Assembly (NCBI GenBank): GCA_012862495.1
Contig: BLSG01000062.1
Span: forward strand, 7,875 to 41,435
DNA: 33,561 bases
Source of the DNA: Thraustochytrium aureum
Taxonomy: Eukaryota
Direction: 5' to 3'
Part shown: piece after piece, positions 32,128 to 33,561 of the stretch
Layout of the letters: each line of letters opens with the position of its first letter
Position numbering within the stretch: the first letter of the stretch is position 1
Translations under genes and position numbers: made by a program
The notes under the pieces: model-generated
What the model saw: only the letters and a program-made list of their open reading frames with translations
Database searches by the model: none
Told to the model about the DNA's origin: nothing

Positions 32128-33561
32128 AAATCGGCGTTGTTCTCCTCCCCGGCCTCCTGCTCGTCGTGGTGGATCTCCGTCACAAGCAAGTTGCTCGCCT
32201 TGTACAAGGCCTTGAGCCGGACCGGGTCGATCGGCTCGGCGGCCGGCAGCGCAAAGTGCGGGTCGTTACTCACGCTGCTGATGTTCAGGGGGACGCCGCG
32301 GGGCGCGCCTTCGTCCGTTCGCGTGAACAGCACCAGTGGATCTTCCCCTTGCTGCGGCTTCTGCGGCCCGCAAACAGCCTCGCAAACAAGCGCCCGCAGC
32401 CGCGCCTCGGGCGATTCGCCGGCCGCAGCGGGGGCGGCGGCGGCAGCAGCCTTGCCAGACGCCCCGTGCAACGGACCTTTGCCAGCGGCGCGCGCGAGGT
32501 GGTCCTGTGAAGCCGCTGTCAACGACGAGAGCGAGAGGACAGCGGTGGCCCCCCCACTCGAGCTTGACGCACATCATCCCGTTCGGCCGCAAAGCCAGCA
32601 GCACGCCAGCGCCAAAGCAGGTCTGCACACAGCGCAGCTCGAAAACCAGGTCGCTAACGCTATGCGCCCCGCCGCCTGCGCCCTCAGCGGCCGCGCTCTC
32701 GGCCGCGGTCGCCGCGAGAACCCGCTTGCGCCGTGACCGTGGACTTGGGGGCTGCTGGGCCTCCATGTCGGCGTCGCCGTCACCGTCGCTCGCCCCGTTC
32801 TTGCCCTGGGTGGCCGCTGCGAGCTGCTCGCGCAGCTTGTCGTTCTCCAACGCGAGCAGGGCACTCCTTTCGCTGAAATAGGACAGCCCATAGAGAATCT
32901 TGTGCAGGAGCGTCTTCGAGTCGTCTAGGGCCATCTGTGTCGCGGTTGCCGAGCGCAGGCTCGCGTCGTACTCCTCGTGGATGATTTCAAGCGCGCGCTG
33001 CTGCTGCTCGCGCTTGATCCGGAGCGTTTCTATCTTGTCCACGAACGCGTGGCGCACTGAGTTGAACGTCTGCTGGTTGACAAAGTCGACGTAGTCGCGC
33101 AGCTCCTCCCACTCTTTGAGCTTTTTATACGGGTAGTAAAAGTTGTGCGAGCCCAGGTAGCTCGTTCCCGTGTAGGCGTTTGACTGGCTGTTGAAGTTGA
33201 CGCGCCCGGTGCTCACGCCGCCTGCAGGCGGGTACGACCCGCGCAAGGACCCGTCGGCGCCCTCTCTTCGCTCGCCCTTCTCGATCAGACTGCGCGCGTA
33301 GTCCTCTTCCGACTCGAAAAGGACCGTGTTGTCTTCCAGCATGCCCGTCTCGAGCGTGTCGCGAATCGCGCGCAGGTCGGACTTTATTGTGGTTTTGCTC
33401 AGGCCCTTGATTGAGCTCTGCGCGAGTTCTGGCAGCTTCTCGACCTTCCAGTGCTTGTAGAACTGGCCGATTTCGGCGCCGCCTTCTTTCTTCTTCTCGG
33501 GCTTGCCATCTTTGCCGCGCCGCCGCAGGCTGTACTCTGAGGCCTCCTCCTCTGCGGTCGT
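32128..33561 (-). CDS. Partial hypothetical coiled-coil protein (open at the window end; 3' end in the gap); frameshift at the C-run 32549-32555
   Basis: Long, protein-like open frame from the window end through ORF 32266-33342, continuing in ORF 31581-32522. No family recognised. Confidence 0.7.

Noticed and set aside
25025..32522. Long ORFs running through N gaps
   Set aside because: Artefacts of unknown bases lacking stop codons.
9700..32560. Single-base frameshifts in most genes (~9715, 12605, 18090, 21805, 26543, ~27420, 30342, 32550) as programmed frameshifting or mass pseudogenisation
   Set aside because: They go in both directions, share no motif, several sit in homopolymer runs, and the genes have no in-frame stops. 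Sequencing or assembly indels are far more likely.

Overview
GC-rich, intron-poor eukaryotic DNA with many N gaps. Gene content (HID1, Hop2, calpain, cNMP-RGS, GMC oxidoreductase, UxaA-like) suggests a stramenopile protist, possibly a thraustochytrid; this is an inference. The main finding is at 1-5397 on the minus strand and is missed by the ORF track. It holds two tandem paralogous leucine-rich-repeat (LRR) genes built from repeated exon+intron cassettes, each 84-nt phase-2 exon encoding one 28-aa RNI/NLRC3-type LRR. The complete copy (5397->2092) splices by hand into an open ~423-aa protein: leader exon, 11 LRR exons, and a terminal exon with an F-box/SOCS-like motif. The repeat scaffold is nearly invariant at the DNA level, the exposed residues flanking each intron are hypervariable, and the introns are homologous mosaics of each other. 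This fits a candidate exon-shuffling or alternative-splicing diversified receptor system. The rest of the window is ordinary genes, most with single-base frameshifts that look like assembly errors.
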